Below, in pieces: positions 54,657 through 64,000 of a stretch of DNA of 64,000 nt (the first letter of the stretch is position 1; each line of letters begins with the position of its first letter). Below the pieces are notes generated by a model. The model did no database searches. It was not told where the DNA came from and saw only the letters and a program-made list of their open reading frames with translations. The stretch is from a virus (Duplodnaviria; Caudoviricetes): IMG/VR virus record IMGVR_UViG_3300027766_000001; one strand, written 5' to 3'. A program made the translations under genes and the position numbers.

Positions 54657-55703
54657 ATGAAACTCAACTTAACTACTTCTCTGATCAAATCTCCAGCTAA
54701 CGAAAATCACTTCATCTGCACGCAGTATAAAGCAGAGTTTGAAGATGCATCGATGATGATCGTTGAATTGGTCTCAGAAGAGTACGACGAGAAACCAATT
54801 ACGTACGGCCTTGACTGTGACACTAATACGTTACACGGTGAATGGGTCGCGTGCTTTTATCCGCTTGGTGAAGATACACCTTACATGACCATCGGCATTG
54901 GTTCATCTGTAATGGCAACCCCGCTGGGTTATGCTGACCGTGCCCGTCTCGGCATCAACATCCTGGGTATGGAAGGCAATACCGAAGCCAATGCAGAACA
55001 TGCCGTGGTTCAGCAAGTGTTTCGTCAATTACTGACACCGCCTGGTGCACCTAGCTTGGCACACATCGTTATTGATGAACGTGTTAAAATGGCTGAGTGG
55101 ATGTTGTCAAAAGGACTGTACCGTGCAAACGGTGAAGTGAAGACACACTGCCGCGCATATGGTTGCGACTACAGCCGTATCTGGAAAATTGTTGATAACA
55201 CCATCATGGTTAAACAGACTCTGTTGAATATGGACGTGGGTAAGTCGCTTCGTCAGACCCGGATGTTTAAAGCTGATGAGCATATCGTCAGAACTTTCGA
55301 ACAAATAAAAACGGGTCAATACGCGTACATGACGACACAGTTCCAGCCACAGGAAACAGAATACCACTACGGTGATAAAGTTATTACCAATCAGCACCTG
55401 GTTCAACATGTAATGGCGTTTGATCGTGCTGGCTTCTCTCCGGCATTTATCAATCTTTTCATTGAAGAGTCTGAAGCGATTGCTGCGCAGAAACCTCAGC
55501 AACCAATGATGGGTGGGGTGAACCCTCCAATGTTTGGTCAGCAGTCAATGATGCCAACCGGCCACCCTGCAACAGATGCCGCCAACGGTATGCCGCATAT
55601 GGACCCTCAGGCGTATCATCAGCAGATGTGGTTCCATGCTCAAAATAACCAAAATTTCCCTACCGGTGGTAATTTAAACCCGTACACCGGTAAACAGTTT
55701 TAA
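54657..55703 (+). CDS. Hypothetical protein with Q/M/P/G/N-rich C-terminal low-complexity tail
   Basis: 348 aa, SD AGGA. Confidence 0.8.
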   Translation: MKLNLTTSLIKSPANENHFICTQYKAEFEDASMMIVELVSEEYDEKPITYGLDCDTNTLHGEWVACFYPLGEDTPYMTIGIGSSVMATPLGYADRARLGINILGMEGNTEANAEHAVVQQVFRQLLTPPGAPSLAHIVIDERVKMAEWMLSKGLYRANGEVKTHCRAYGCDYSRIWKIVDNTIMVKQTLLNMDVGKSLRQTRMFKADEHIVRTFEQIKTGQYAYMTTQFQPQETEYHYGDKVITNQHLVQHVMAFDRAGFSPAFINLFIEESEAIAAQKPQQPMMGGVNPPMFGQQSMMPTGHPATDAANGMPHMDPQAYHQQMWFHAQNNQNFPTGGNLNPYTGKQF

Positions 55704-55714
55704 TCACTAACCTG

Positions 55715-55740
55715 GAAGGGGCTTCGGCTCCTTCTTTTTT
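55715..55740 (+). terminator. Rho-independent terminator
   Basis: GAAGGGGC-TTCG-GCTCCTTC-T6. Confidence 0.85.
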
Positions 55741-55787
55741 ATAACCGTCCCATGGCCAAAAGTGCCATAAATAAAAGGATGATTACC

Positions 55788-56459
55788 ATGCAACAGATTA
55801 CCGTAAAAGCTGAACACCAAGAACACAACGGCATCCAGTATGTGAAGATGCTGGAAATCGAATTACCGGAATACCGTATCGGGGCGCGCTTACTGCGTCT
55901 TGAAGAAGACAGCACCAATACCACGTATGACGTGTGGATTGGACGTAACCAAAGAAAGATGGGTGAGAACGTCATCATTCGTGACTGGAGTATGCGCGGT
56001 GCGTATCGTCCGGTGGCCGGTGGCGACAAGCTGTTCAACCATCGTTCTAACTACGGTGCAACGCTGTACACACAAGGTAGCCCGTTCGCACACGAGTCTA
56101 CCTCACGGTTGATCTCAGCCATCTTTGATAACCTGCTGGGCACCTGTGATGTAGCCAATACGGACACCATCAGCGATTATGTCGGTGTGGCTGAGGCGAT
56201 GTATCAGGCACGTTTGGTAAACGGTATTGAGAACCAGTACCGGGCGTCGATCATGACACCGAATAAGAACATTACCGGCAGTCGTGTATGGCGTATTGAG
56301 CAAGATCAGTTTAAGTTCGATTCAACGGTTTGGACCTTTAATATTGATGGGCATAACCGCTTGACTCACCGTGACCATGCTCTGGGAACGACCTACAAAA
56401 AGGTTGTCGAGATCATGGCCAATAAAGCTGCTGCTGCCGTGAAAGGCTTAGCGGCATAA
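55788..56459 (+). CDS. Hypothetical protein
   Basis: SD AAGGA before ATG 55788 (track starts at 55752). Confidence 0.8.
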   Translation: MQQITVKAEHQEHNGIQYVKMLEIELPEYRIGARLLRLEEDSTNTTYDVWIGRNQRKMGENVIIRDWSMRGAYRPVAGGDKLFNHRSNYGATLYTQGSPFAHESTSRLISAIFDNLLGTCDVANTDTISDYVGVAEAMYQARLVNGIENQYRASIMTPNKNITGSRVWRIEQDQFKFDSTVWTFNIDGHNRLTHRDHALGTTYKKVVEIMANKAAAAVKGLAA

Positions 56460-56465
56460 CTCCCT

Positions 56466-56494
56466 GAGGGTCACTGCGGTGACCTTCTTTTTTT
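56466..56494 (+). terminator. Rho-independent terminator
   Basis: GAGGGTCAC-TGCG-GTGACCTTC-T7. Confidence 0.8.
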
Positions 56495-56508
56495 GTAAGG
56501 ATGATCGC

Positions 56509-57111
56509 GTGACTACAACACTTCAGTTCTTTAAAAGAAAAGAGCTCTTTGCCAGCGAATTTCTGCAGACCGTTCAAAATGGTGAAGAAGCTTATGGGGT
56601 TGCCGTAAATAACCTGGCGGCGTACTTTAATGATCTGATCAACAACATTGATCTTAACATCAAAGACATCATTGGTGGCTACCATCGTGGCTATGACCCG
56701 ATGGCGGTGGCTGACTACCTGATCACCCATGAATACTTGGGAACGGGTTTTGCCTTCATCACCGGCGATAGCAACAGCAGTCAGGTAAATGAATTCGCCA
56801 AGAAGCTGCTGAACGGCGCCATGTATTCCCTGATGGGTTACGACAAATTCCACTGGGGCCAGGCATACAGCTACACCCCGTCACTGGAAGAGCGCAGTCG
56901 TGATGCAATCGACGTGCAAATGGAAATCAACAATCGTTCAAGCGATGTTGCCAAAGAGATCGGTATAGAGAACTATGTCCGCTTTGGTACTTATGCCAGT
57001 GATTGCGGGTCAGTATCAAAACTTGACAAAGTCGATAAGCTGAAAGATTACCGTGCACTGGTCCTCGTTGCACTCACGTCTCGTCGCGACTATTTCTTGG
57101 TTCAGGAGTAA
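56509..57111 (+). CDS. Hypothetical protein, tandem paralog A
   Basis: SD AAGGA before GTG 56509; GYHRGYDPMAVADYL and HWGQAYSYTPSLEE. Confidence 0.75.
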   Translation: MTTTLQFFKRKELFASEFLQTVQNGEEAYGVAVNNLAAYFNDLINNIDLNIKDIIGGYHRGYDPMAVADYLITHEYLGTGFAFITGDSNSSQVNEFAKKLLNGAMYSLMGYDKFHWGQAYSYTPSLEERSRDAIDVQMEINNRSSDVAKEIGIENYVRFGTYASDCGSVSKLDKVDKLKDYRALVLVALTSRRDYFLVQE

Positions 57112-57114
57112 TCC

Positions 57115-57768
57115 ATGCTAACAATTAATCCGGATTTTGATATCTACCACCCCAAGATCACCGAGCAACATAACGGGGCAATCAGAAACAACACCATCCA
57201 GGCAAAGAACTACAAAGAGACTTTCTACGCACTCATTGAAAAAGTGCATAAAGAACTCTATGGGGTTGTTTACGAGCAAATGCGTGCCAGCACTATTATT
57301 GAAGGCTGGCGTTACGGTTTTGCCCCGACCGCAGTTGCGCAGTATATTCTGAACGACATCATTAGCATTCAGAATCTGGTATACGGTTGCACGGGTTATC
57401 ATGAGATGGTAATCGACCATTTGCGCACGACTCTTCAGTTGAACAACAACACCTGGGGTCAAGCGTACGGCTATGTTCCGGCATTGGAAGAGTTGAAACT
57501 TCCAGTAGGTACCGTGCAGGGTCAGATCAATGCGCGTCTGAAAGACATTGCAAGCAAAACCAGTCGCTTCCCTAGCCTCACTGAGCATTGCGTGTTTAAT
57601 CGCCACATTCCGAACGCGAACGTGGTACACAACGACGATGAGATTACACTGATTAACACCTTTGCCATGCAGACGGTGGGCGCTGTGGTTAAGCTCATTC
57701 AACCAGTGTTCGATGAGACCCATCAGTTTGATGCTGAAACACAGGAAGAAACCCATGAAACTGCTTAA
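57115..57768 (+). CDS. Hypothetical protein, tandem paralog B
   Basis: SD AGGAG; GWRYGFAPTAVAQYI and TWGQAYGYVPALEE. Confidence 0.8.
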   Translation: MLTINPDFDIYHPKITEQHNGAIRNNTIQAKNYKETFYALIEKVHKELYGVVYEQMRASTIIEGWRYGFAPTAVAQYILNDIISIQNLVYGCTGYHEMVIDHLRTTLQLNNNTWGQAYGYVPALEELKLPVGTVQGQINARLKDIASKTSRFPSLTEHCVFNRHIPNANVVHNDDEITLINTFAMQTVGAVVKLIQPVFDETHQFDAETQEETHETA

Positions 57769-57949
57769 ACGCGACCGTTGCTCTCGCTGTGGTCGTGGTG
57801 AGATTGACCCCGTGACGCAAATGCTGATCGTGTTGGTTGTGCTGTCGATGATCGGTATTGGGTTGATTGCACTGCTGGGTTCTACGGTGGCGGGTAAAGA
57901 TGCGCTGAAGGTACTGTGGGATAAAACCCACATCGTCATTAACTTGTAG
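57755..57949 (+). CDS. Small membrane protein
   Basis: SD AGGA before ATG 57755; CSRC motif then TM LIVLVVLSMIGIGLIALLG. Confidence 0.7.
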   Translation: MKLLKRDRCSRCGRGEIDPVTQMLIVLVVLSMIGIGLIALLGSTVAGKDALKVLWDKTHIVINL

Positions 57950-57964
57950 GTGAAGGAGGCGGGG

Positions 57965-58354
57965 ATGGAAATATGGACAATACAGTTAGGTCAGTGGCGA
58001 TTGGCTAAACAACTGGACATCCCATTAGTGGATACCACTTACGCCTCTGGTTTAAAACATAACAACATCCGTTGGTTAGCACCGACGGGTGAGTTATTAG
58101 GGAATTACAAAAGTGGCTGCGTTAACGCCTCTGGGTACCAACAAATCTACTTAAACCTTATGAGAGGGCGTTGGTCAACTGATCCGGAATGGTTCATCGA
58201 CTTTTGTCGCCAACATGAGCGTGTGGCTTTGGCGTGTTATTGCGGGGCAGGTCAGTTCTGTCACCGACTTCTACTTGTGGATATTTTTCGTAACATCTGT
58301 GTTAAGTACAATATCCCTTTTGTCTATCATGGGGAACTGAAAAGGGCTGCCTAA
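57965..58354 (+). CDS. DUF488-like protein
   Basis: SD GGAGG; IWTIQ, LVDT, LAPTGELL, VALACYCGAGQFCHRLLL (C-x-C...CHR). Confidence 0.7.
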   Translation: MEIWTIQLGQWRLAKQLDIPLVDTTYASGLKHNNIRWLAPTGELLGNYKSGCVNASGYQQIYLNLMRGRWSTDPEWFIDFCRQHERVALACYCGAGQFCHRLLLVDIFRNICVKYNIPFVYHGELKRAA

Positions 58355-58755
58355 TGAGCAAATTTATTTACACGCAGATGCAGGACTTAATGCTAGCACC
58401 GTCGGAGCTGTTGGTGAACCCACTCAACACCCTGGACACGCATTACACCCCTGTGCGTTTGCGTTTCCATTTCACGGCCAGCGATATCTTAATTGATACG
58501 CAGGTCCTGGATATCCCGTTTGTGAATCAGCGCGTGTGTGACTTGGTGGGTGCGTGTTTGACGTTCTCACCATTGGTTGACAATGTGTTCATCTTAGAAT
58601 ACCCGTACATGAAAGACAACGCGATTTGGTTAGACCTGGCGGTGGAGCTGACACGATTCCCGTTGTCATCTGCAGATCTGATCAATATGTATTCTTCTTA
58701 CTTTACTGGCTTACTGTCACCGGCAGTACTCGCCAAATTGCCTAAGCGAGAATAA
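58354..58755 (+). CDS. Hypothetical protein
   Basis: 133 aa, TAATG overlap. Confidence 0.7.
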   Translation: MSKFIYTQMQDLMLAPSELLVNPLNTLDTHYTPVRLRFHFTASDILIDTQVLDIPFVNQRVCDLVGACLTFSPLVDNVFILEYPYMKDNAIWLDLAVELTRFPLSSADLINMYSSYFTGLLSPAVLAKLPKRE

Positions 58756-58758
58756 TAC

Positions 58759-59187
58759 ATGGAAACGATCCAAACCACGAACCCCGCAGTGAACGATGCT
58801 GTCAACAGTTTCGATGAGCTGATCCTCATGGTGGGGTTAGGTTTACTGGTTGTGGTATTGGTACTGGGTTACCGTGAACTCCGTCTGCGCAGAATTAAGC
58901 GACGTGAAACCACCACACGTTTAGCGTTGGGTGGCTACGACCTTTACAACTTCAATGACTGCAGTCGTCTTGAAGCAGCAGTGGAAGATCTGTACCGTAT
59001 CTATTTAACGTGCTGTCATGAGCTGGGTGCAGAAGCCCTTGAAGGTGACGAAGGCAAGCAGCAGTTTATTAAACTGGTTGCACACCCTCACATCGAAGGC
59101 CGACTCGATCTCAGCGTCTTGCCCGAGCAGATAAAAGAACGGTTCTACCACCAGTACCAAGACTACCTAAAAGACCAAGCGGCATAA
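58759..59187 (+). CDS. Membrane-anchored hypothetical protein
   Basis: TM LILMVGLGLLVVVLVLGY then RELRLRRIKRR. Confidence 0.7.
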   Translation: METIQTTNPAVNDAVNSFDELILMVGLGLLVVVLVLGYRELRLRRIKRRETTTRLALGGYDLYNFNDCSRLEAAVEDLYRIYLTCCHELGAEALEGDEGKQQFIKLVAHPHIEGRLDLSVLPEQIKERFYHQYQDYLKDQAA

Positions 59188-59248
59188 AAGAGGCGTTCCT
59201 CTCCCATGATGGGAGAGGAACCCTCTGGGTCTTATGCTGTTTTTTTTT
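59182..59248. terminator. Bidirectional GCATAA-hairpin-TTATGC element
   Basis: GCATAAAAGAGGCGTTCCTCTCCC-ATGAT-GGGAGAGGAACCCTCTGGGTCTTATGCTGT plus T-run, convergent junction. Confidence 0.8.
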
Positions 59249-59254
59249 GCTCGA

Positions 59255-60121
59255 TTAACGAACAACCTGATGTGAACGGATATCATTGATATCGTCAACC
59301 ACACCAGACTTAGCAGCGTTGATGTCAGGGCCAATGACCTTGAGCACATCCGGCAGATCGCGGTTGTACGGGCTTGCACCGATCAGCTGACGCGTTTTGT
59401 TAATAGTCTCAGCGAGCTTATCAACCGCGGCATTCATGATGGTGGTGCATTTCCACTCGATGGAGTGAACCAGGTCAGCGGAACCCTGGCTCTTATCCAT
59501 ACGAGACTCACGCGTACCAGAAGAAGACGGCTGCATACCAACGCACAGATAGGCGTTGATGATCTCCTGACCGGTTGGGTCAGTGTCGTAATACAGACAG
59601 ATCATCGACGTCATGTCAGGCAGCAGGTCTTTCGGCGGGTTCGGGTAAGTCATGATGAGTGGACGCTTAACATCCGGGTCCATCATGAACAGACGAATCC
59701 ACCACTCCAGCAGGGTCCCGTTCGGGAAACCGTATTTTTCACCGATTTCGTGCGTTGGGGTCGGCTGCTGTTGGGTAACGTTAGCCAGGTCAAACTGCTC
59801 AGCACCAGAACCACCGGCCGGCTGTGAGAAGTGATCCACCTGCAGCGCACGCTGGAAACCCGTAATACTACGGGTGTGTTTTTCCATCATCGCTTTGATG
59901 TGACCATGCCACGACTCGGGGTGATCGAGGTTCTTGATGGCGCCCGGAGTACGGAGCACCACACACTGCAGCTGCTGCTGACGGAAACCGGCGTTATCGA
60001 CGTAACGTGCGAGGTTAGCCGAAATACCGTGATAACCGCCAGTCAACGCATTGACCATCGTGGCGTTCGAAAACGCCGCGGCGCCAGCTTTAGGCTGGGC
60101 AATAGAGTCATTAAGACGCAT
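59255..60121 (-). CDS. Tail tube protein (phiKZ gp30-like)
   Basis: 288 aa, overlaps the sheath stop; size and position match the phiKZ-like tail tube. Confidence 0.8.
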   Translation of the reverse strand: MRLNDSIAQPKAGAAAFSNATMVNALTGGYHGISANLARYVDNAGFRQQQLQCVVLRTPGAIKNLDHPESWHGHIKAMMEKHTRSITGFQRALQVDHFSQPAGGSGAEQFDLANVTQQQPTPTHEIGEKYGFPNGTLLEWWIRLFMMDPDVKRPLIMTYPNPPKDLLPDMTSMICLYYDTDPTGQEIINAYLCVGMQPSSSGTRESRMDKSQGSADLVHSIEWKCTTIMNAAVDKLAETINKTRQLIGASPYNRDLPDVLKVIGPDINAAKSGVVDDINDIRSHQVVR

Positions 60122-62202
60122 TATGCATTATCCTCACGGTTGCGTGAAACCACGGTGAAGCTACCGATGTACATCCCTTTGTTAAAGGACGCGGAAACTT
60201 CGCACGAGTAGCGCACGCGGCTGTTCTGATCTTTCACCGTACGGAACGCGTTAACAGAGATGTCAACACGGTTGTCGTACAGGTTCGCGGTGAGATCGGT
60301 CAGAATGGTGTTCAGTTCAGACAGGGTCTGTTCTGTGGTGCGACGGGTGTCAACACCCAGCATGCGGTAAGCCTGCTGACATTTCTTCTCGATGTCCACG
60401 CAGATGGTGAGAGCGATCTCATCACGCAGCACAGACGACTCTTCCGTGTACACGGTCTGGACGTGCGGCACGTACGCTTGTGAACGGTTTACGTTCTGGG
60501 CGTAGTTCAGGCCGAGGTTCCAGTTAGTGTTACGGACTTCGGTTGGCTCCCACAGCAGATCCATCTGAGACAGAATCTGCACACGGTTGTTGTCTGCTGA
60601 GTCGTATGCTTTCGCATTCTTCAGCACACCGTCGCCGCTGCCTGCATACAGAGAACGCTTGTACGCGTGATCCAGCAGGTGTGGATACCATTCGCCTGAG
60701 TCATCACCGGCCAGGTAACCTGACTGCATGAAGAACACGACGCGGCAAGTCGAGGTACCGTACAGGCTTGACTCTGGGAACAGACGTGCGTAAGTACGCA
60801 GCGCAGAACCCATAGAGCGTTGCTCCAGTGCGGACAGACGCTCGTGACCATCAATAAAGGTACTGATGTATACCACGATGTCTTTACGCTTGCCGATGAC
60901 GGAAATCAGCGACTTCTTGGTTTCCAGATCGTAACCGCAGTCCCAGTACGCAGACTGAGGATAGCGAGCATCATCCAGGACTTCGATGTCTTTCAGATCA
61001 CCATAGTTGTCAAACTGCTCTTTACAGAGCTGGTTGTACATGGTGGTCTTGCTGATGGTGTTGCCTTTGGCATCTTTGTAAGAGCCGTCGCTACCGCCTT
61101 CCGCGTAGTAGATCGCTACGTCGTTCAGGTTCACGCCGCCATCTGCAACGCCTTGTACACGCAGAGTGTAATAAGGGTTGTTGTAGAAGTCCACGCCACC
61201 CAGGAAGTTGATCTGATGCTGAGCACCTTCACCTTCCAGCAGAGAAGCATTCGCGGCTTTCTCTGCAGTGTACAGAAGACCCAACACCGCTTCCAGGTTG
61301 TCGTAGTACACTTTGGTACGACCGACCGGGCCCGGAACAGGCACGTAGCCTTCTTGGGTGTTGTCGTAATCTTTCACACGCAGCGGGAAGCTGTACTTCG
61401 TTGACGTCGCGCTGTCCACAACTGTCTTCTTAAAGGAGAAGTTGATTTCAGACGAACGATCCGCGGTGAGTTTCAGTACGGCAGTAGACTGCACGTCCGG
61501 ACGCTCATACACACGCAGGGCAAACAGCTGCGCCAGCTGGTCCACGGCAACCGCGGTATTCAGCGGCGTAGTAGACTGGGTGTTCGGTGCCCACAGGGAG
61601 AAACCGACGTTGTTGCCATAGGCACCCGCGTAAGGCACTTCCAGATCCAGCAGCGGATAGAAATCAGACTGCTCACCGGTAGAGGAAGTCAGGAGACCTT
61701 TCTTCTTCACACCTGCGCCAAACAGCACAGTGTCGATGTCGCGGTTGATCACGAGGCGCGCAACATAACCATCGCGCTTGGTGGTATCTTCTTCGAAGTT
61801 ACCGTTGGCATCGCGCTGGGCAACACCGCTTTCATCGCGGACGTAGTCAGTGACTTTGTCTGCAACGATTTCGATACCCAGTGAGAAGTACGCCGGTTTC
61901 AGCGCATCAGCCGGATGCACACGCTGCACCATAATGGCGTTGCCCGTTCCACCAATAGTAGAAACGAACGCGGACCCCATGGTGTAAAACTTAGACAGCG
62001 GATCAAACGTTTTGCTGCCGTAGTAGGCAGTCAACAGCGTCGGATCAAGCAGCTGCGGGGTTAACGGTCCACGCTCAGCGAGAATGTACAGATGCGGCAA
62101 ATGCTGCGCGTACACCTCCGGAACGGGAACCGGAGCAACTACAGATTCATCCCGGATACCTTCCAGAATAAAACGCGGAGCTCCGTTAGAAAGATTTGAC
62201 AT
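60121..62202 (-). CDS. Tail sheath protein (phiKZ gp29-like)
   Basis: 693 aa; N-terminal GAPRFILEGIRD, PQHLPH-like motif, sheath-type C-terminus (YWDCGY, YAQNVNR). Confidence 0.88.
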   Translation of the reverse strand: MSNLSNGAPRFILEGIRDESVVAPVPVPEVYAQHLPHLYILAERGPLTPQLLDPTLLTAYYGSKTFDPLSKFYTMGSAFVSTIGGTGNAIMVQRVHPADALKPAYFSLGIEIVADKVTDYVRDESGVAQRDANGNFEEDTTKRDGYVARLVINRDIDTVLFGAGVKKKGLLTSSTGEQSDFYPLLDLEVPYAGAYGNNVGFSLWAPNTQSTTPLNTAVAVDQLAQLFALRVYERPDVQSTAVLKLTADRSSEINFSFKKTVVDSATSTKYSFPLRVKDYDNTQEGYVPVPGPVGRTKVYYDNLEAVLGLLYTAEKAANASLLEGEGAQHQINFLGGVDFYNNPYYTLRVQGVADGGVNLNDVAIYYAEGGSDGSYKDAKGNTISKTTMYNQLCKEQFDNYGDLKDIEVLDDARYPQSAYWDCGYDLETKKSLISVIGKRKDIVVYISTFIDGHERLSALEQRSMGSALRTYARLFPESSLYGTSTCRVVFFMQSGYLAGDDSGEWYPHLLDHAYKRSLYAGSGDGVLKNAKAYDSADNNRVQILSQMDLLWEPTEVRNTNWNLGLNYAQNVNRSQAYVPHVQTVYTEESSVLRDEIALTICVDIEKKCQQAYRMLGVDTRRTTEQTLSELNTILTDLTANLYDNRVDISVNAFRTVKDQNSRVRYSCEVSASFNKGMYIGSFTVVSRNREDNA

Positions 62203-62404
62203 GCCTTTCTCCTAACTATCGATAGTGTCAAAAGAGCCTTTTTTAGAAACATGTTTCACTGCTTTGTGGCGCCAATCCACCCCACGCAAACCACCGTCGT
62301 GGCAGGGAGTAATGGTATGGTTCACTATTTACGACGATTAAACAGTGCCATACCATTAGGTGTCATTGTTTACATAAAAGCGCGCAGGAGAGGGTTTCAC
62401 GACC

Positions 62405-63358
62405 ATGTTTATTTCCCCCTATCAGACTAAAGCGGCCAGTTGGAACCCGATCGATAAGATCCAATCGGCGATGAAATTGGCAAAGATTGAAAAGCGTCTG
62501 ATCCCCGCAACAAAACCCATTCCTGGCTTAACCGGTGTGTATGGTCCGGTGCGCGTTGAAGGCATGTGGTTTTTAGTGGCTGGGATTACCGGTAACGATG
62601 CGGAACCGGCATTCACTAACCCCATTACGTTTACGGACACGCTCGGTAAACAGAACATTGTCATTGATGCCCGTACGGCATTAATGTTTGATCAAGCCAC
62701 TGGTACGATCGCACTGCGCAGCCGTAACGCGATCACTGATTTGCAACAGCAGATCATTCGCATGAAGGCGGTGTGGTATTGGATGTCAGGTAACCAACGT
62801 GACTTCCTGAACCTGTCGCCTATTCCGATGCAGGTGTATGTACGCTGGGTGGCTGAAGCTATCGCGAACAAGACCAAGATGGGCTACAACGAGATGCCAC
62901 GTTTCCTGGCATACTGCGGTTGGTTCTTCGTGTGTCAGTTCTATAATGAAAGCGACTTCGCCGACCCGGCTGTGCGACTGAACGCGGTGCGTAAGGTCAC
63001 TGACCAATCACGTGTGCGGGCAGACGTCGTTGCAGAGACACTGGAAGACGCGCCGTTCCTGTCAGGTGTTCAGGCTTTCGTTGATCACGCCATGGAAGTG
63101 GTGGGCGCGGAAGAACTGAAACTGATGGACCTGCGGATGTTCGTGTCAGTTGCGGGCGGTGCCTGGATTGGTGGTCATGCTGCTGAGTCGGGTGCAATCG
63201 GTCTGGAATATCCACCGGTGTTCTTGTCGATGCTCTACGGTTCAGCCAACAACAGCTACTACCGTAACACGGTGCTGGGGCGTATCCTGGATCGGGGTGA
63301 GTTCAAGAAAACCAAAGAGGTGTTCATGCGCAGCTTCGCAGGCACCATTGATCTGTAA
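62405..63358 (+). CDS. Virion structural protein (phiKZ gp28-like position)
   Basis: 317 aa, divergent from the sheath; starts MFISPYQT. Confidence 0.7.
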   Translation: MFISPYQTKAASWNPIDKIQSAMKLAKIEKRLIPATKPIPGLTGVYGPVRVEGMWFLVAGITGNDAEPAFTNPITFTDTLGKQNIVIDARTALMFDQATGTIALRSRNAITDLQQQIIRMKAVWYWMSGNQRDFLNLSPIPMQVYVRWVAEAIANKTKMGYNEMPRFLAYCGWFFVCQFYNESDFADPAVRLNAVRKVTDQSRVRADVVAETLEDAPFLSGVQAFVDHAMEVVGAEELKLMDLRMFVSVAGGAWIGGHAAESGAIGLEYPPVFLSMLYGSANNSYYRNTVLGRILDRGEFKKTKEVFMRSFAGTIDL

Positions 63359-63370
63359 GAAGGGGGCGTC

Positions 63371-64000
63371 ATGGCGAGCGTCGATTTAGTAAACCACGCG
63401 ATTGAGAATGCGTGGGCTAACCCACAAGCCGATCGTCAGCACGTGTTGCGTCTGGCTCGTATCTCACGAGACATTGGCGATATCAACTACAGTTCGGTGA
63501 TGACAGCTTATGTACCGCTGCCGACCCGCAAAGAACTGTACCACGTCTTTCAGATCGGACAGAACCACCCCTGGACCTGGAACGTCGGTGACAACTACGT
63601 TACTCCGTTGCCCATGGAAGAGTGGGTGCGTTTAAGCGACCTGCGTTACATGCGTATGCTGGTTGCCAACGTCTATCTGGATACCGGTGTGCAACTCCCA
63701 GCGACCGGTGTCTTTGTGCGACTGCGTTACGACCACAACATCCTGATTGCGATCACGGATTTTCAGAACATGGCGGTACCGCGTAATGTGGATGTGTACA
63801 TGCGCGTCTACAGCAATGCCTACTGGGAAACGCTATTAGAAGAAGAGCGGTTGGATAAACTGCTTTGCTTTGGCGGAATGATGAGCAACCCCACTGACGT
63901 GTTGCGCTGGCAAAACCAATACTTGTCACTGAAGGCAAGCAAGGTCGGGTTAGCACAAGCCCTGGTCAACGGGAAGCTGGTTAACGATTTCGCACCGGGC
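63371..64000 (+). CDS. Virion structural protein, 5' part (phiKZ gp27-like position); runs off the window
   Basis: SD AGGGGG; open frame MASVDLVNHAIENAWANPQADRQHVLRLARIS...YHVFQIGQ to the window end; not in ORF track. Confidence 0.75.
   Translation, partial: MASVDLVNHAIENAWANPQADRQHVLRLARISRDIGDINYSSVMTAYVPLPTRKELYHVFQIGQNHPWTWNVGDNYVTPLPMEEWVRLSDLRYMRMLVANVYLDTGVQLPATGVFVRLRYDHNILIAITDFQNMAVPRNVDVYMRVYSNAYWETLLEEERLDKLLCFGGMMSNPTDVLRWQNQYLSLKASKVGLAQALVNGKLVNDFAPG

Noticed and set aside
57118-57939. 273-aa minus-strand ORF
   Set aside because: Fully antisense to two well-supported + strand genes with SDs; no independent signals.

Overview
A 64-kb segment of a phiKZ-related jumbo myophage (Chimalliviridae-like; host not determinable here). 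It is almost fully coding. I saw no tRNA, rRNA, CRISPR array, IS or integrase. Core genes recognised from motifs and gene order: three virion RNA polymerase subunits (beta-N, beta-C, catalytic beta'), a probable fifth vRNAP subunit, prohead protease, tail sheath and tube, a 2215-aa tail/tape-measure protein with a GH19 domain, a modular endolysin, UvsX/RecA, RNase HI, an SNF2-like helicase, DHFR fused to a 365-aa unknown domain, and four paralogous tail-associated proteins. Accessory blocks (about 0.2-6.6, 12.8-19.9 and 53.2-59.2 kb) hold many unknown genes, including an array of small membrane proteins behind repeated early-promoter-like motifs. Best candidate for an undescribed system: a dispersed ADP-ribose/NAD toolkit. 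Its centre is a Macro(DarG-like)-NADAR-SLOG triple fusion next to a solo SLOG gene. It also includes a putative ADP-ribosyltransferase coupled to head genes, a degenerate second macrodomain, and a ligase-free NAD-binding domain Ia. Notable non-coding structure: a GCATAA-hairpin-TTATGC element in 8 copies, a CCTTAACCTGTGAG leader motif, and a switch-like RNA at 54.5-54.65 kb that can sequester a ribosome-binding site. All family assignments come from motif recognition and recall; no searches were run.
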